This document shows positions 39,491-50,122 of a DNA stretch of 64,000 nt, in pieces. Source of the stretch: Terriglobia bacterium (GTDB lineage Bacteria > Acidobacteriota > Terriglobia > Bryobacterales > Bryobacteraceae); contig CAWFUQ010000009.1 of the NCBI GenBank assembly GCA_963819125.1, positions 13,813-77,812 of the forward strand, given 5' to 3'. The position numbers and the translations under genes are program-made. Positions within the stretch are counted from its first letter, which is position 1. The number at the start of each line of letters is the position of its first letter. The notes under the pieces are model-generated. The model did not search any database. It had not been told where the DNA came from and was given only the letters and a program-made list of their open reading frames with translations.

Positions 39491-40225
39491 CTAAGCAGGG
39501 CTCCAATTCAAGTTCCGAATCACCTTGCCACATGCGGTTCGCAACGCGCTCAAACTTCCCCGCGCCATGTAGCGGCGATCGGAATCCAGGACGATCTTGC
39601 GGAACGCCTCTTCTTCCGCCGCGGTCAACGGCTGCGCGGAGTCGGAAGCAGCCCTCGTGAGCGCCTCCGCAATCGCCGCGGGACTGCCCATCTGGTCGCG
39701 ATGATTCACGAACAGGTACGCACGCAGCTTGGGAATCGCCCGGCAATGGAGCACCGCGCAATGGGACCCACTGATCCCCAGCGTCTTCCCGATCTCATCC
39801 CATGACGCTTCGGCATGATTCAATTTCTCGAGTACGCAGTGCGATTCCTGGCCAGTCAATTCACCTGCTTCCGCAGCCCTGGAAAGCATGGACCGCAGGA
39901 AATCGGCTGACATCGCCGGCTCCGGCGCCACCTTCTTCGCAACCAGTCCGGGATTGCTTTCTGCAACTGTTTCAAGAGGTGTATCCCGGACCCGCTGCCG
40001 CACCAGCCGTTGAATCGCCCGGTTGATTTCGTTCCGCGCGATCTTCTGTACCCATTGGCTGAAGGGGCAATCGCCGCGAAATGTCGCCGAGCCTCGCCAG
40101 GCGCGAATGGCGACCTGTTGAACGACATCGCTCGCGAGCGCCGGATTGGACAATGCGTACCGGCACGCTCGTTCTACATGGACGGACGCTTCGCGCCATT
40201 GAGTCTCGAACTCTTCGCTGGTCAT
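39491..40225 (-). CDS. ECF-type sigma-70 family factor with ~70-aa C-terminal extension
   Basis: MTSEEFETQW...; region 2 is ASDVVQQVAIRAWRGSATFRGDCPFSQWVQKIARNEINRAIQR; region 4 is LTGQESHCVLEKLNHAEASWDEIGKTLGISGSHCAVLHCRAIPKLRAYL. The ATG overlaps a TGA in the neighbouring frame (GGATGACC). Confidence 0.75.
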   Translation of the reverse strand: MTSEEFETQWREASVHVERACRYALSNPALASDVVQQVAIRAWRGSATFRGDCPFSQWVQKIARNEINRAIQRLVRQRVRDTPLETVAESNPGLVAKKVAPEPAMSADFLRSMLSRAAEAGELTGQESHCVLEKLNHAEASWDEIGKTLGISGSHCAVLHCRAIPKLRAYLFVNHRDQMGSPAAIAEALTRAASDSAQPLTAAEEEAFRKIVLDSDRRYMARGSLSALRTACGKVIRNLNWSPA

Positions 40226-43200
40226 CCGCTTCCAAATACGTCGAGCGCCTTGCTCTCGGCGAGACCGCTTCGTTGGGATAACAACACGAGAAGCCGGTCG
40301 CGCGCGGCGATACTGTCGGCACCCGGCATCTTTGTGTTCGTCAACAAGCAATAGAGCCACGCCTGGCGGACGGCGCCGTCGGCGGGCTGTCCCGAGATCG
40401 CTCCCCACGGATTGCATGGCCGCGACCGTGGCGCGTTCCACAGATAAAATAGCTTTCTCGGGCGGATCCTGCATGACGAGCGGAAGCACTTGCCGCGTCA
40501 AGCCGCCGATGTGAGCAGCGACGAAAGAGAACATGAGGCAACGCATCGGGCACGCTTCGCAGCCAGGCTCCTCTCGTGGAGGCCGGTTGGTGACGGTCGC
40601 CACGAGCTGTTGATGAGCCTGCTCGAACGCATGACGCTGTTCGTCGTTCAACGCAGAGGCGCGCAGCCACCCAATCAGAAACGGACCGAGTGCGCGCGAC
40701 GCGGCTTCGCGCGTCAATCGATTCTCGGGAAGCAGTCCGCTTTCCGGAGTCAGCGCGCGGCGGCTCTCCAGAAAAACACCGAGCCAGTCGTGGACCGCCG
40801 AGGCCGCGGCGCAATACTCGATTCCAAATCCGCCATCGAGACGCAGACCGGACAATGCGCGGAGATCGGCACGCCAGGTATTCCACGCCGCCCACGCGCT
40901 GGCCGCGTCACCGAGCAAGAGATGTTCGCAGAACGCCGTCAGGCTCCTCTTCACGCGATCCCATCCGCGCGCCTCCTCGAGCGGCGTCAGAAAATCGCAA
41001 GGCGAGGCGCACCACTGGCAGCCTGCGTGTTGGCGGAGGTGGGCGCGCTTCTCCGGATCTGCCAGACGCGCCAGGTCGCGAACCTGATGATCGGTCAGCG
41101 CCTCTACGCGCGCTCCTTTCACCGGCAGGATCCGCACTAGAATCGCCGAACCGATTCGCTCATCATGAACGGCGGCCTGCCCGGTCGGCAGCGCGTTGAG
41201 ATGTCGGATCTGCGGCTCGCTCAGATTCATGCAGCTTCCGATCGCGTGCCGGTCCTCGGAGTCCAGGAGCTGATGCGCGATCTTGAGGTAGGAGTTCTTG
41301 AGAATCTCCGGCGCCAGCTTGCTGGGAATCTGGTCAGCGATGACGAAGCCTTCTCCATAAGCGCGCATTTCGGCGAGCATGTTGGTGAACATCGAAACGG
41401 CTTTCCCGCGCGGGTCGCCTGCCTCCGCGGAGACGCCGCCGCGTGGGGCTTCCAGCAGCCGGTGCGCCTCTTCCACTAGCGTCAAATGCTGCAGCCGCTC
41501 GCGCTGGTTTTCCGGCAGGTCGCGCTGTCGCGCTTCCGCGTATTGGCACAACAGGACAAACAACAGCGCCATGACGAAAGATTTTTCGTCGTCATCGCCT
41601 AGGTCCTGCAATTCCACTACCGCCGGCCGGGAAAAAATGGATTCGAGCGGCGTGGATCTCCTGGTGTTGAGCGCCAGGCCTTTGTTGCCGACCATCAGGC
41701 TGCGCAGCCGCGAGCGAAGTGCCGCGCCCATGTTCTGATGAATCTCCTGCCCATATTTTTTCCTGGCCAGCACGACCTCGATTTTGTCATGCAGATCCTG
41801 AAGATTAGGCGTTAGCGCGCTCAAATCGTCGAGCGAGGGACGATCTCCGAGAGAGGCGTTGCCGGAGTCGTACAGGCTCCAGCCACGCTCCGTGTAGATC
41901 TCGAGCAGCGCTTCCTCCAGCACGTACTGCATTCCGGCGAACATCGAAAAGGAGGCGTTAAAGACCGCCTTCAACATATCGATATGCCGTCCGAGAGGAA
42001 CGCCCTGCACCGGCGCCAGCGGATTCAGCCGGAGCGGGAGGGTAACCCCGCCACCAAAACCGAAGACGCCGAGCTTGCCTTTCAATTCTGGGGTCTGCAG
42101 CAGCCGGCGATATTCGCTCTTCGCCGGCTCGAGCACCAGGAACGGCACGCGCAGTTTCTCGAAAGACTCGAGGAGAATCTGCATGCACGTATTCGTCTTT
42201 CCGCTGCCGGGCGTTCCGGTGACGAACACGTGCCGGTTCAGCGATCCCGCGGGAATGGCAACCGGGCTCAGATCGCGGCTGAGTTCGTCCTGGAGGACGC
42301 CGATGGTGATCGAATCGGACTTGGGCGCCGGGACCGAGAGAGCGAACTCGCTGAAATCGCGCATCGGCAGACCGGGGATCTCGCGCTGCGGGGGCGTCAC
42401 CAGTACCGACAGCTCTTCGCAATCGAGACAGGTCGCCAGGGCGTCGAAGGCCGGTCCGAGCGGATGCCCCTGGTCGCCGGAGGCAGGCCGCATTTCCAGA
42501 ATGCGTCCGTATTCAATGCCGTTGCGCACGGACTCATCAGGGGGAGATAGGATACGCAGCGGATCGAGCGCGGAAGCATCGCCGCCGCCGAGACCGCGCA
42601 ATCCGCCGGCGACCGCGTGAACCGCAGCGTCGCTTTCGGCCACCAGGTACACTGCTGTTTGCCAGCATCCGCTGCCGCGGGCCCGGATCAGACGGTCCGT
42701 GTACTGTTGGATCATCTGCTCGCAGGCTTCGGCATGGGCGTCCAGCAAATCGACCCCGCCCGATTCGGACCAGTTCGTCCCGTCCTGGATCTGGCTTGCT
42801 CTGCCGGTGCTGTCCCGGCGTCCCGCCAAGTTCGCGGCAGTCATGGTTGTATTGAGCGCCGCGACGAATGGCATGGCGTTCATCCCTAGAGGAAGGGCGA
42901 CCAGGCTGGAGAAAGCCGCCACACTCGAAAGACAGAGCGGGAGATCCTGCAGCCACCGGTTCTTCTTCTGTGTTTCCTCAGTCTCGGTACGCGACTCGGA
43001 TTTCGATCCACCCTGCACCCGCTGCACCGTGCGCCGCACGTAGGCGTGCATCTCGCTCTTGAGGCGCCGGCAGATGTCGATGGCATCATCGATCGCCTCC
43101 GCTTCCAGGGGCCGGGCGACCAACATCAGCGCATAAGGCTGATCGCCGACGGCGGCCACCAGCCGGTCCAGACTCTGGAAGCTCGATGAGGGATCCTTCG

Positions 43201-43753
43201 ATCGCCGGGAGGGTATCCCGGTCATCACGCGCGTCGCTGGGGCATCGCGCAGGAAGGAAGCCAAATCCGGGAGGTCCTGCTGAGTGAGGCCGGCGAGCGG
43301 CCCGAATTCGAGCCCGTTCAAGTGTGAGCGGTAGGCGCTCTCCTGCATGGAGAGATAATCTTCCGTCGATCGCGCTCCGGCGCCGATGATGCGCCGGCCG
43401 CCCACGTACAGACGATGGCGGCCGCGTGAGCCATGAAGAATCACCACGAGTGAGTGCCCGGGATCGGAGCATGCCGTCAACACTTGCGGCATGGCGCGAG
43501 CGAAAATTCCGGGCTCCTGCGGGCGGCCCAGGCCCGTCACTTCGCGCAGCAGCGGACGCGCAATGTCGCCAGTTCTCGGCTGGATGTTCCAGTCAGCAGC
43601 CCGAAAGTGCGAGAGATACCTTCGTTCCAGAACCGACACCAATGCCTGCGGCAGACCTTCGGTGAATTGCACCTCGGCGGCCAGCGAGGGTCGCGCGGGC
43701 TCAGCGGCCGCGGATACCGCGACAGGCTGCGCCGGACGGGGATCAATCGGCAT
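40222..43753 (-). CDS. large HerA/FtsK-superfamily (DUF87-like) ATPase with ~480-aa unknown N-domain and Cys-cluster C-domain; apparent frame break near 40385..40395
   Basis: Walker A VFVTGTPGSGKTN, Walker B HLTLVEEAHRLLE, and GEGFVIADQIPSKL. The C-terminus has CQWCASPC and CEACPMRC. The last ~55 codons (GQPADGAVRQAWLYCLLTNTKMPGADSIAARDRLLVLLSQRSGLAESKALDVFGSG*) are in a different frame with better third-position GC. Confidence 0.8.
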
Positions 43754-44900
43754 CGACGTTTCCTCGTTCCCATGGCGGAATCAGCGGGGCTGGAGATGGC
43801 GAAGATTCCAGGTCAGGTTGCGCGAAGGTGGACGCCTCAATCGCGGGCATGGAATCGAGGAGCATTCCCGAGGGATGCTCGCCCAACTCGCCCCACCAAG
43901 TCGCTCCCGCGGCGACATCTTCGGCCGCTGCGCCGCTCCGCCATACCGGGGCCAGCGCGGCTGCGATTCTTTCGGCGAACGGCCAAACGGAACCCAGCCC
44001 GCCCACTAACAACAGTTCCGGCGAGTCACTTCCGATGGCTCGCAGCGCTCCTCGGATCGCGTCTGGAAGCTGCTGCGAGAACGAAACGAATTCGGGCCAA
44101 GCCGTGCATTCCCGATAAGAGAGTGACAGCGGAGCGTATAAGCGCTCCTCGAAGATCTCGCGCCACTCAACCGGTTGCTCAGCGCTCGATTGAGAAAGGC
44201 GCGCGGCGTAGCGGGCGGCCGCCTCGCGAAGGGGTCGTTCGAAGCCGGTTCCGGGTTCTTCGTTCAGCCGCTTGCGCACCAGGTCGAGCAGCCGCCGGTT
44301 CCAAGCGGACTCGCCGGCTTCCTCGATCGCCTGGGGGGCGCTGACAGCCGCGATCGACGGGAAGCCACGGCTGTCCCATTCAAGCCAGAAGGCAGTCACG
44401 AGAGTGGACGTCTCTCCCACAGCGATTGCGACGACGGCTTTCTGTTTGGCTGGTTCGAGCGACCGCGATGCGAACCAGCGGCACAGCAGCGCATGCGTGG
44501 CCGGAAGAACCGTGATCTCATCGAACCCCGCGGCGCGGGCCAAAGCGTCGACCGTATGCGCCTCCGTTCGAAAATTCGATCCCTGCAAAGCGATCGCGAG
44601 ACGGTATCCGTTTTTTCGCACGGGCGCGAGCCGGCCGAGATAGGCGGATAGACGGCGATACGCTCCCTCCCAAAAAAGACGGGCACCGGGCTCCTCGACC
44701 CATGCGCCGTTTCCGGAGGCGGTCCACAGAGGGGCATGTCCAGCCGCGCGGCTGCCCCAATCTCCCGTGCCCGCCACGGCGTTCGGAATTTGTGCGCGGA
44801 CGCCGTCGCCGACCAAAGCAACGTGCGCACCTTCATCACCCTCCTCGCGTAAAGCGATCACTGTGACGGAAGGCTGGTAATCCACGCCGAAGGTATTCAT
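43743..44900 (-). CDS. degenerate actin/Hsp70-fold (ASKHA-like) protein
   Basis: MNTFGVDYQPSVTVIAL, VVAIAVGETSTLVTAF and ELLLVGGLGSVWPFAERI sit where the phosphate-1, phosphate-2 and adenosine motifs would be. The stop overlaps the ATPase start by 11 nt. The fold assignment is tentative. Confidence 0.5.
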   Translation of the reverse strand: MNTFGVDYQPSVTVIALREEGDEGAHVALVGDGVRAQIPNAVAGTGDWGSRAAGHAPLWTASGNGAWVEEPGARLFWEGAYRRLSAYLGRLAPVRKNGYRLAIALQGSNFRTEAHTVDALARAAGFDEITVLPATHALLCRWFASRSLEPAKQKAVVAIAVGETSTLVTAFWLEWDSRGFPSIAAVSAPQAIEEAGESAWNRRLLDLVRKRLNEEPGTGFERPLREAAARYAARLSQSSAEQPVEWREIFEERLYAPLSLSYRECTAWPEFVSFSQQLPDAIRGALRAIGSDSPELLLVGGLGSVWPFAERIAAALAPVWRSGAAAEDVAAGATWWGELGEHPSGMLLDSMPAIEASTFAQPDLESSPSPAPLIPPWERGNVDAD

Positions 44901-44966
44901 CCGGCGAACCCTTGTTTCCATCCCCGCGGCGTCTCCGTGACGAAAGGGGCGGCCAGTTTGGCTGCT

Positions 44967-46569
44967 TCATCTGCCAGTTCTCGAAAGGCGGCTCTGCGCG
45001 TCCCGAAGCCGCCGAAGAGCGGTTTCATCGGGCATCGGACAATCCGCGGGCTGCAGCGAATAAAGCCGATCGAAACCCTCCAGGAGGCGCGGGCCGCGGG
45101 ACTGCATCGCCGTGATCAGGTTTTCGATCAGCCGCTGGATCTCCGCGCGAACGGTGGCCAGCCATTGCGGCGGACGGCCCAGCTTCTCGCCGACGAATGC
45201 AGGAATGGCCGCCACCACCGCATTGACGCCGCCTGCTTCGATTTTTTCAAGAAACCGGATCGGAAGAGCCGGCGGACAAGTCTGGCTCAATAAATACTCG
45301 GTCCACTCCGGATTCAAAGGCGCTTCGCCGCTTCGTCGCAACGTTTCACCGGCATGTTGAATCATCCGCCGCGCGGCGGCATCGGCGACGGCGGCGATTT
45401 CGCGATTCAATTCCTCCGCGTGGATTCCGCCTGAAGCCACTGCCACATTCGTCAGTCGTGATGAAATGCTTGCGCCGCAGGCTTTCGCGCCAACGGAGAA
45501 ATCCTCCAGGAATTTTTCGATAGCCTTGGACAAGGATTCCGCGAGTTGGCGCTTTCCCTCCGCACGGCGATCCACTTCCGCTGCCTCAGCTTCTTGCCGC
45601 TCGAAATCAGCCACCGCTTGGGCAGATGGGTTCTTCGAGCCGCGACGCACAATCCCGCAGCGCTGCCGCAGCGCGCCATAGCCGCGTCCGCATCACGCGT
45701 GGATGAAATCGCAGAATCCACTTGCACCATGAATCCCAGAAGATCCGCGCCGCCAAAGGTGTTCTGTCCGGATTTGCACATCGCACGCCCGCCACCGGCA
45801 GGATGGTGGGAGGCGCTTGTTCCGGAAAGCCCATATCCGGAGACGAAATGGCACACTTTATTGATCAACTGCGGAGCGCTTTTAGACAGGAACTGTTCCC
45901 ACTCCGCGGGACTGTCGGTACGAAGAAATCCATTCAGGATGAAGATCACCGAAGCCGGTCCGGATTCCTGGACGTGGCTCGCGAGGAATTCCATCTCCAC
46001 CTGCGAAAGGAGCTGGCGCGACGTCAGCACCCACGCCAACACATCCGAGTACGCGGCCGACCGGCGCGTGCGTTCGTCCATCTCGGGAGTATCGTTGTAT
46101 CCGGGCGAATCCACCCAGCACGCGTTGGCTGGAATCACGGAATCCTTGAGAACGATTTCGGCACGTTCGATAGCCGCCACCTCGCTGCGCCGCTCTCCAC
46201 GTTCCGAAAGCAATGTGATTTCGGCGCGAATGGCTTCAGTGGAGCAGGGGATCGCGCGCCTTGCTCCCGCTTCGATGACAACGGCGCCATCCTCATCGCC
46301 ACTCAGCAAGCAACAGATCGCGCCGGTATCGGGCACATCGTCGACCGGTAGGATGTCGCGCCCGACCACCGCGTTCATCATGGTCGATTTGCCGGCCTTG
46401 AACACGCCCCCGAAATTCACGGTCACCTGTTCTTCCCCGATCACACGTGTGAGCTTCCAAGCCGCGTCGCGATATCCGGAGCGTCGGCCTTCGTCATCGC
46501 AGCGAGTTCCTCGATCCGGGCATTCAGATCCTGCACAGCTTCTTTCGAAACACCAGCACAAAAAATCAT
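44967..46569 (-). pseudogene. dynamin-like GTPase 2, reading frame broken at least three times
   Basis: ATG at 46569 gives MIFCAGVSKEAVQDLNARIEELAAMTKADAPDIA. The GTPase domain lies in a second frame (GGVFKAGKSTMMNAVVG, WVDSPGYND). The helical C-terminal 227 aa lie in a third frame (ORF 44967..45650). Confidence 0.6.
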
Positions 46570-46577
46570 GCGGCTCT

Positions 46578-48591
46578 TTACGCTGTCTGCTGCAAACTCA
46601 CATTGAGCACCGTAAGCTCCTGCCGCAGCGCCCCGACCCGGCGCAACGATTGATCGAGCGAGGAAAGCATCCGCGCTTTTTCCGACTGGCTTCGCCGGTT
46701 GTTTTCGGCGATGGTGCGCAGATTTCTCTCTTTCCCTCGATGATGGTCAGCACCGCGGCGCTGATGTCCGTAGCCAGCTTGTCAATGTACGCCCCCGTTT
46801 CCGATTCGATCGGTGGAGCATAATTTTTCACCCACTTCATCGAGCCGAGGCAGGACGTCGTCGAGCGCTTTCTTCTTGACTCTCTGGGTGAGCCCGATGG
46901 TCCCGCCGACTACGTTCGCCACCATCCCTGCGCCGATGCCCCACAGCACCAGGTAGGGCAGTCCGAACCATCCAAGAGCGGCTACCGCTGCCAGGCGCGC
47001 GGCGATATTGAAGCTCAATCCGCGAAATCCGGTGGATAGCCCGGTCAGTGTCGTGAAATCCTGAAAGAGAACCAGTCCAACCACGGTCGACCACGCCCGT
47101 TCCTGATCGCTGATCATCTTATTGTCCGCTCCCGGTTCGAGTTTCCAGCCGGTCACCTGGAATTGGACATCGTCGAACTCGCGCTCGATCGCCGCCACCT
47201 CGTCCTGAACTTCCCGCAGCAGCGCTTCGAGGCCGGGCTCCAGAATTTTCTGCGCCGTGTCACCTTCCGCTGGCGGTTCCGTTGCACCAGGAGAGAACCT
47301 GCTCGCTGATCTGGCGTTCGCAGAACGAGTATGCCTCGGCCAACATTTCCTTCTGATGCGCGAGCGCCAGAGCCGTATCGGACGGCAGCTTTTCTGCCAT
47401 GAGCCGATCGGGAAGGGTTTGTTTCAACTGCACGGTTACCATTCCGAACCCGGCACGGATGTCGCGCAGGCTCTGGTCGCGGTACCGCCGGAAGATCTCC
47501 GGTAGCCGTTCATAACGCTTGCGAATGTCAGCCAGTTGCGGTTGAATCGCTTCGAACGCGACCCGCAATTGTTCGGTGTCGGCCTGCAGCGCGGCTTGCC
47601 GCTGCCGGACCTGCTGCTCGATGGTGACCGCCGAGTTGTCCGCCGCTTTCAGAAAACGATCGATATGAACGCGCTGCCGGTCGTGGACCAGGAACTCGCC
47701 GAGTTTCGCTTCAAAGCCGGCCAGACCCGATTGCTCCATCTGCCTCGCGTCAGCCAGCAACTTGCCCTGCTCCGCTTGCCTGGCGTCTACGAAGTAAATG
47801 TCGCGGCTCTTGAAATCCTGCGGAGCGTCGGCGCTGCCGCCAAAGTCCGTCACCAGACGACGCCACACAAAACCCTTGAAGCGATCATCCACCGCACGGC
47901 CATCCTGCAAATTCACCACCGTGAAAACGCGTGTTCCCGAGTTGGTGAGCGTCTCGTGCACGAACTTCCGCTCGTCCTCGCCGGCCAGGACGTCGCTGCG
48001 GTACACGACGATCGCCACGTCGCACTTGCCGATCGCCTGCCGCGTCACTTCGGTGCGCTCGGGGATATCGTCGGTGCCGGGCGAGTCGATGATCGTGACG
48101 CCGGATTGGCATAGCTCAGCCGGAAAGCCCATCTCGAATTCACGAATCTTGCGGAAGAAATCGCGCGTTTCGCTCTCGTTCTCGCGTACCGTGCCCTCGC
48201 GCCGGTACTTTTCTAGCGACCAGTCTTCTGAGTTTCCATCAAAACCCCATGCGCGAACAGTGGGCCGCTCGGCGTAATGAATGGAGGTCAGCGTAGCGGT
48301 GCACGGCAGCTCGCCAACCGGCATGGGGCCCTGGCCGAACCCGAGCTCGGGAACCGGCCTTGTGGAGCCACCAAGAAGCGCATTCAGAAGGGTCGATTTA
48401 CCGTTCTTAAAGCGGCCCGTGACAATGATCTGAAAAGTATCCGACGCCAGCCGTTCGGCGGTTTGCTCCAGCCGGGCGGCGGTCTCTTTCATATCGAGAC
48501 TCGACGCCAGCGTTGTCAGATCGAGAATTGTTTTGCGAGCCTGGGTTTTCGATCGTCCAAATTCCTGTTCCAGTAATTGCTTCAGAACCAT
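46578..48591 (-). pseudogene. dynamin-like GTPase 1 (BDLP-like, ~670 aa) split over four frames
   Basis: G1 is GRFKNGKSTLLNALLG and G3 is IIDSPGTDD. ORF 47260..48591 continues sensibly into 46782..47198 (hydrophobic paddle LAAVAALGWFGLPYLVLWGIGAGMVANVVGG). It then continues into 46598..46840 and into a fourth frame ending ...LRQELTVLNVSLQQTA* at 46578. Confidence 0.7.
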
Positions 48592-48610
48592 CGATGCGCT
48601 CCATCCTACC

Positions 48611-50116
48611 CTATAGCCTTTGCCTGTACAACAACAACTGAGCTCGATCCAACTCCGCGGCCGAATCTCCGTCGGGAACCTTCATCGCCTGTGCGTAGGC
48701 GGCATCCAATGTGGTCTCGATCGCGCTTAATTCCGCAGCCAGGCGATCGCGGTATTCGGCGATCGCGCCCTGGATCGCGGTCCTCGATTCGGGGATCGCT
48801 TGGCGCGTCATCGCATGAATGGCTTGCCGCGCCGCCTGAGCGGACTGCTCGAAGGATTGGCCGCGCCGCGCGATACCCAGCGCCGCAAGCAAGCTGGAAA
48901 CGGCGACCGTCGCGACCAGACCGGTGCTGAGCGCCGCGGCTAAACCGAACAGCGCCACGACACCGGTCACTCTATCCTGCCACTCCGGTCCTGAGGTGGT
49001 GTGCTCCAGCGCGGGAGCGTGCGGATCCACCGGAATTCTCAGCGACACCGCAGCCGGCCGCGCGGGATTTCCCGCCATCGCGTGAACGAAGTCCCAATCG
49101 ATTCGATCCAGCAGCGTCTGCGTTTCGAGGATGATCCCGGCGACCCGCTGATCGAGTTCCACCTCCAGGCGCAGCCGCCATGAGGTCATCCCTTCTTCGA
49201 TGCACTTTTCCAGCAGCGACTGAAACTTGCGGCTGTAGACATGAGTGTCCTTCCACAGTCCGGACTGTCCCTCCCGCACCTTTTCGATCCGCCGTAGCAG
49301 ATCCTGTTCGAGCGCCAGCAGCGAGGCGGCTACCTGGGCCGAAAGACTCGCGGCGTCGCCATCCATGCGGCGCGCCACGCGGCTTCGAACTTCAGCGACT
49401 TCAACTCGCGCGCGGCGCAGGCGGCCGGCATCGCCGTCGCGGGCCGGATGTGTTGCCGGCGTGAATCCTTCCGCGAAGTCCAGCAGCCGGGACACTTGCG
49501 CGCGATCCAGCAATTCGACATCGGGATCGGCCAGAGGCCGCCGCAGCAGCGCCGCCAGTTCCTCCGCGTCACGGCGGCAGCGGTCGCGCAGAAATTCGTT
49601 GGGTTCGGAAGCGCTCCACAAGTAGCACTGATACGCGAGGAGATCCTGCCGCTGCCACTCGCGTTTTGGATCGGGAACCACCAGCCGCCAGATGGCGCGT
49701 TCCATCTGGTCCAGATCCTCCGGCGATTTGAGGCGTTCCGCGTGCGTGAATACGATCGCGAAGGATTCGAGAGGCCGCGTCAGGAACTGCTCCGCGATAG
49801 CCGTCGCCGCGGCTGCATCGAGTGCGCGGCCGCACTCGAAAACGGCGACCAGCTTCGTCGCGAACCACGCGCTAAACGGCGGCGCGGCGATCTCCCCGAT
49901 GGGGGCTTCCGTGATTTCCGCGGGATCGGCCGTTTGCTGCATCCAGTTCCGCAGCGGTGTAGCGTCCACGCCAGCGCCGTGCGCGAGCAGGATCTCCCGC
50001 CGCGTCCTGCGAGACAGAATCGCCGCCGCAAGATCCTCGACGGATTTCCAGCCGCGGCGCGCCGCCAGGTCGCGTATGCCCTGGACAACCTCTTCGTTAA
50101 TGGATGCTGCCGTCAT
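48611..50116 (-). CDS. dynamin-like paralog with degenerate P-loop and hydrophobic paddle
   Basis: 501 aa. LLAHGAGVDATPLRNWM sits where G1 would be, with no GK[ST]. There is a helical stalk, a paddle-like VTGVVALFGLAAALSTGLVATVAVSSLLAALGIA and a C-terminal helix. The layout matches the two downstream DLPs. Confidence 0.55.
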   Translation of the reverse strand: MTAASINEEVVQGIRDLAARRGWKSVEDLAAAILSRRTRREILLAHGAGVDATPLRNWMQQTADPAEITEAPIGEIAAPPFSAWFATKLVAVFECGRALDAAAATAIAEQFLTRPLESFAIVFTHAERLKSPEDLDQMERAIWRLVVPDPKREWQRQDLLAYQCYLWSASEPNEFLRDRCRRDAEELAALLRRPLADPDVELLDRAQVSRLLDFAEGFTPATHPARDGDAGRLRRARVEVAEVRSRVARRMDGDAASLSAQVAASLLALEQDLLRRIEKVREGQSGLWKDTHVYSRKFQSLLEKCIEEGMTSWRLRLEVELDQRVAGIILETQTLLDRIDWDFVHAMAGNPARPAAVSLRIPVDPHAPALEHTTSGPEWQDRVTGVVALFGLAAALSTGLVATVAVSSLLAALGIARRGQSFEQSAQAARQAIHAMTRQAIPESRTAIQGAIAEYRDRLAAELSAIETTLDAAYAQAMKVPDGDSAAELDRAQLLLYRQRL

Positions 50117-50122
50117 GGCGCA

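Noticed and set aside
39491-43753. Single 1420-aa ORF read as a genuine ATPase-sigma fusion protein.
   Set aside because: The linker is Arg-rich low-complexity sequence with poor third-position GC. A neighbouring frame is protein-like and ends in an ATGA overlap with the sigma start. Two genes plus a 1-nt slip is the more likely reading, but I could not exclude a fusion without reads or orthologs.
45546-46823. 425-aa plus-strand ORF. The same applies to 49448..50536 (+), 43454..44344 (+) and 27847..28638 (+).
   Set aside because: All lie antisense to motif-supported minus-strand genes and translate to Arg/Ser/Pro-rich sequence without motifs.
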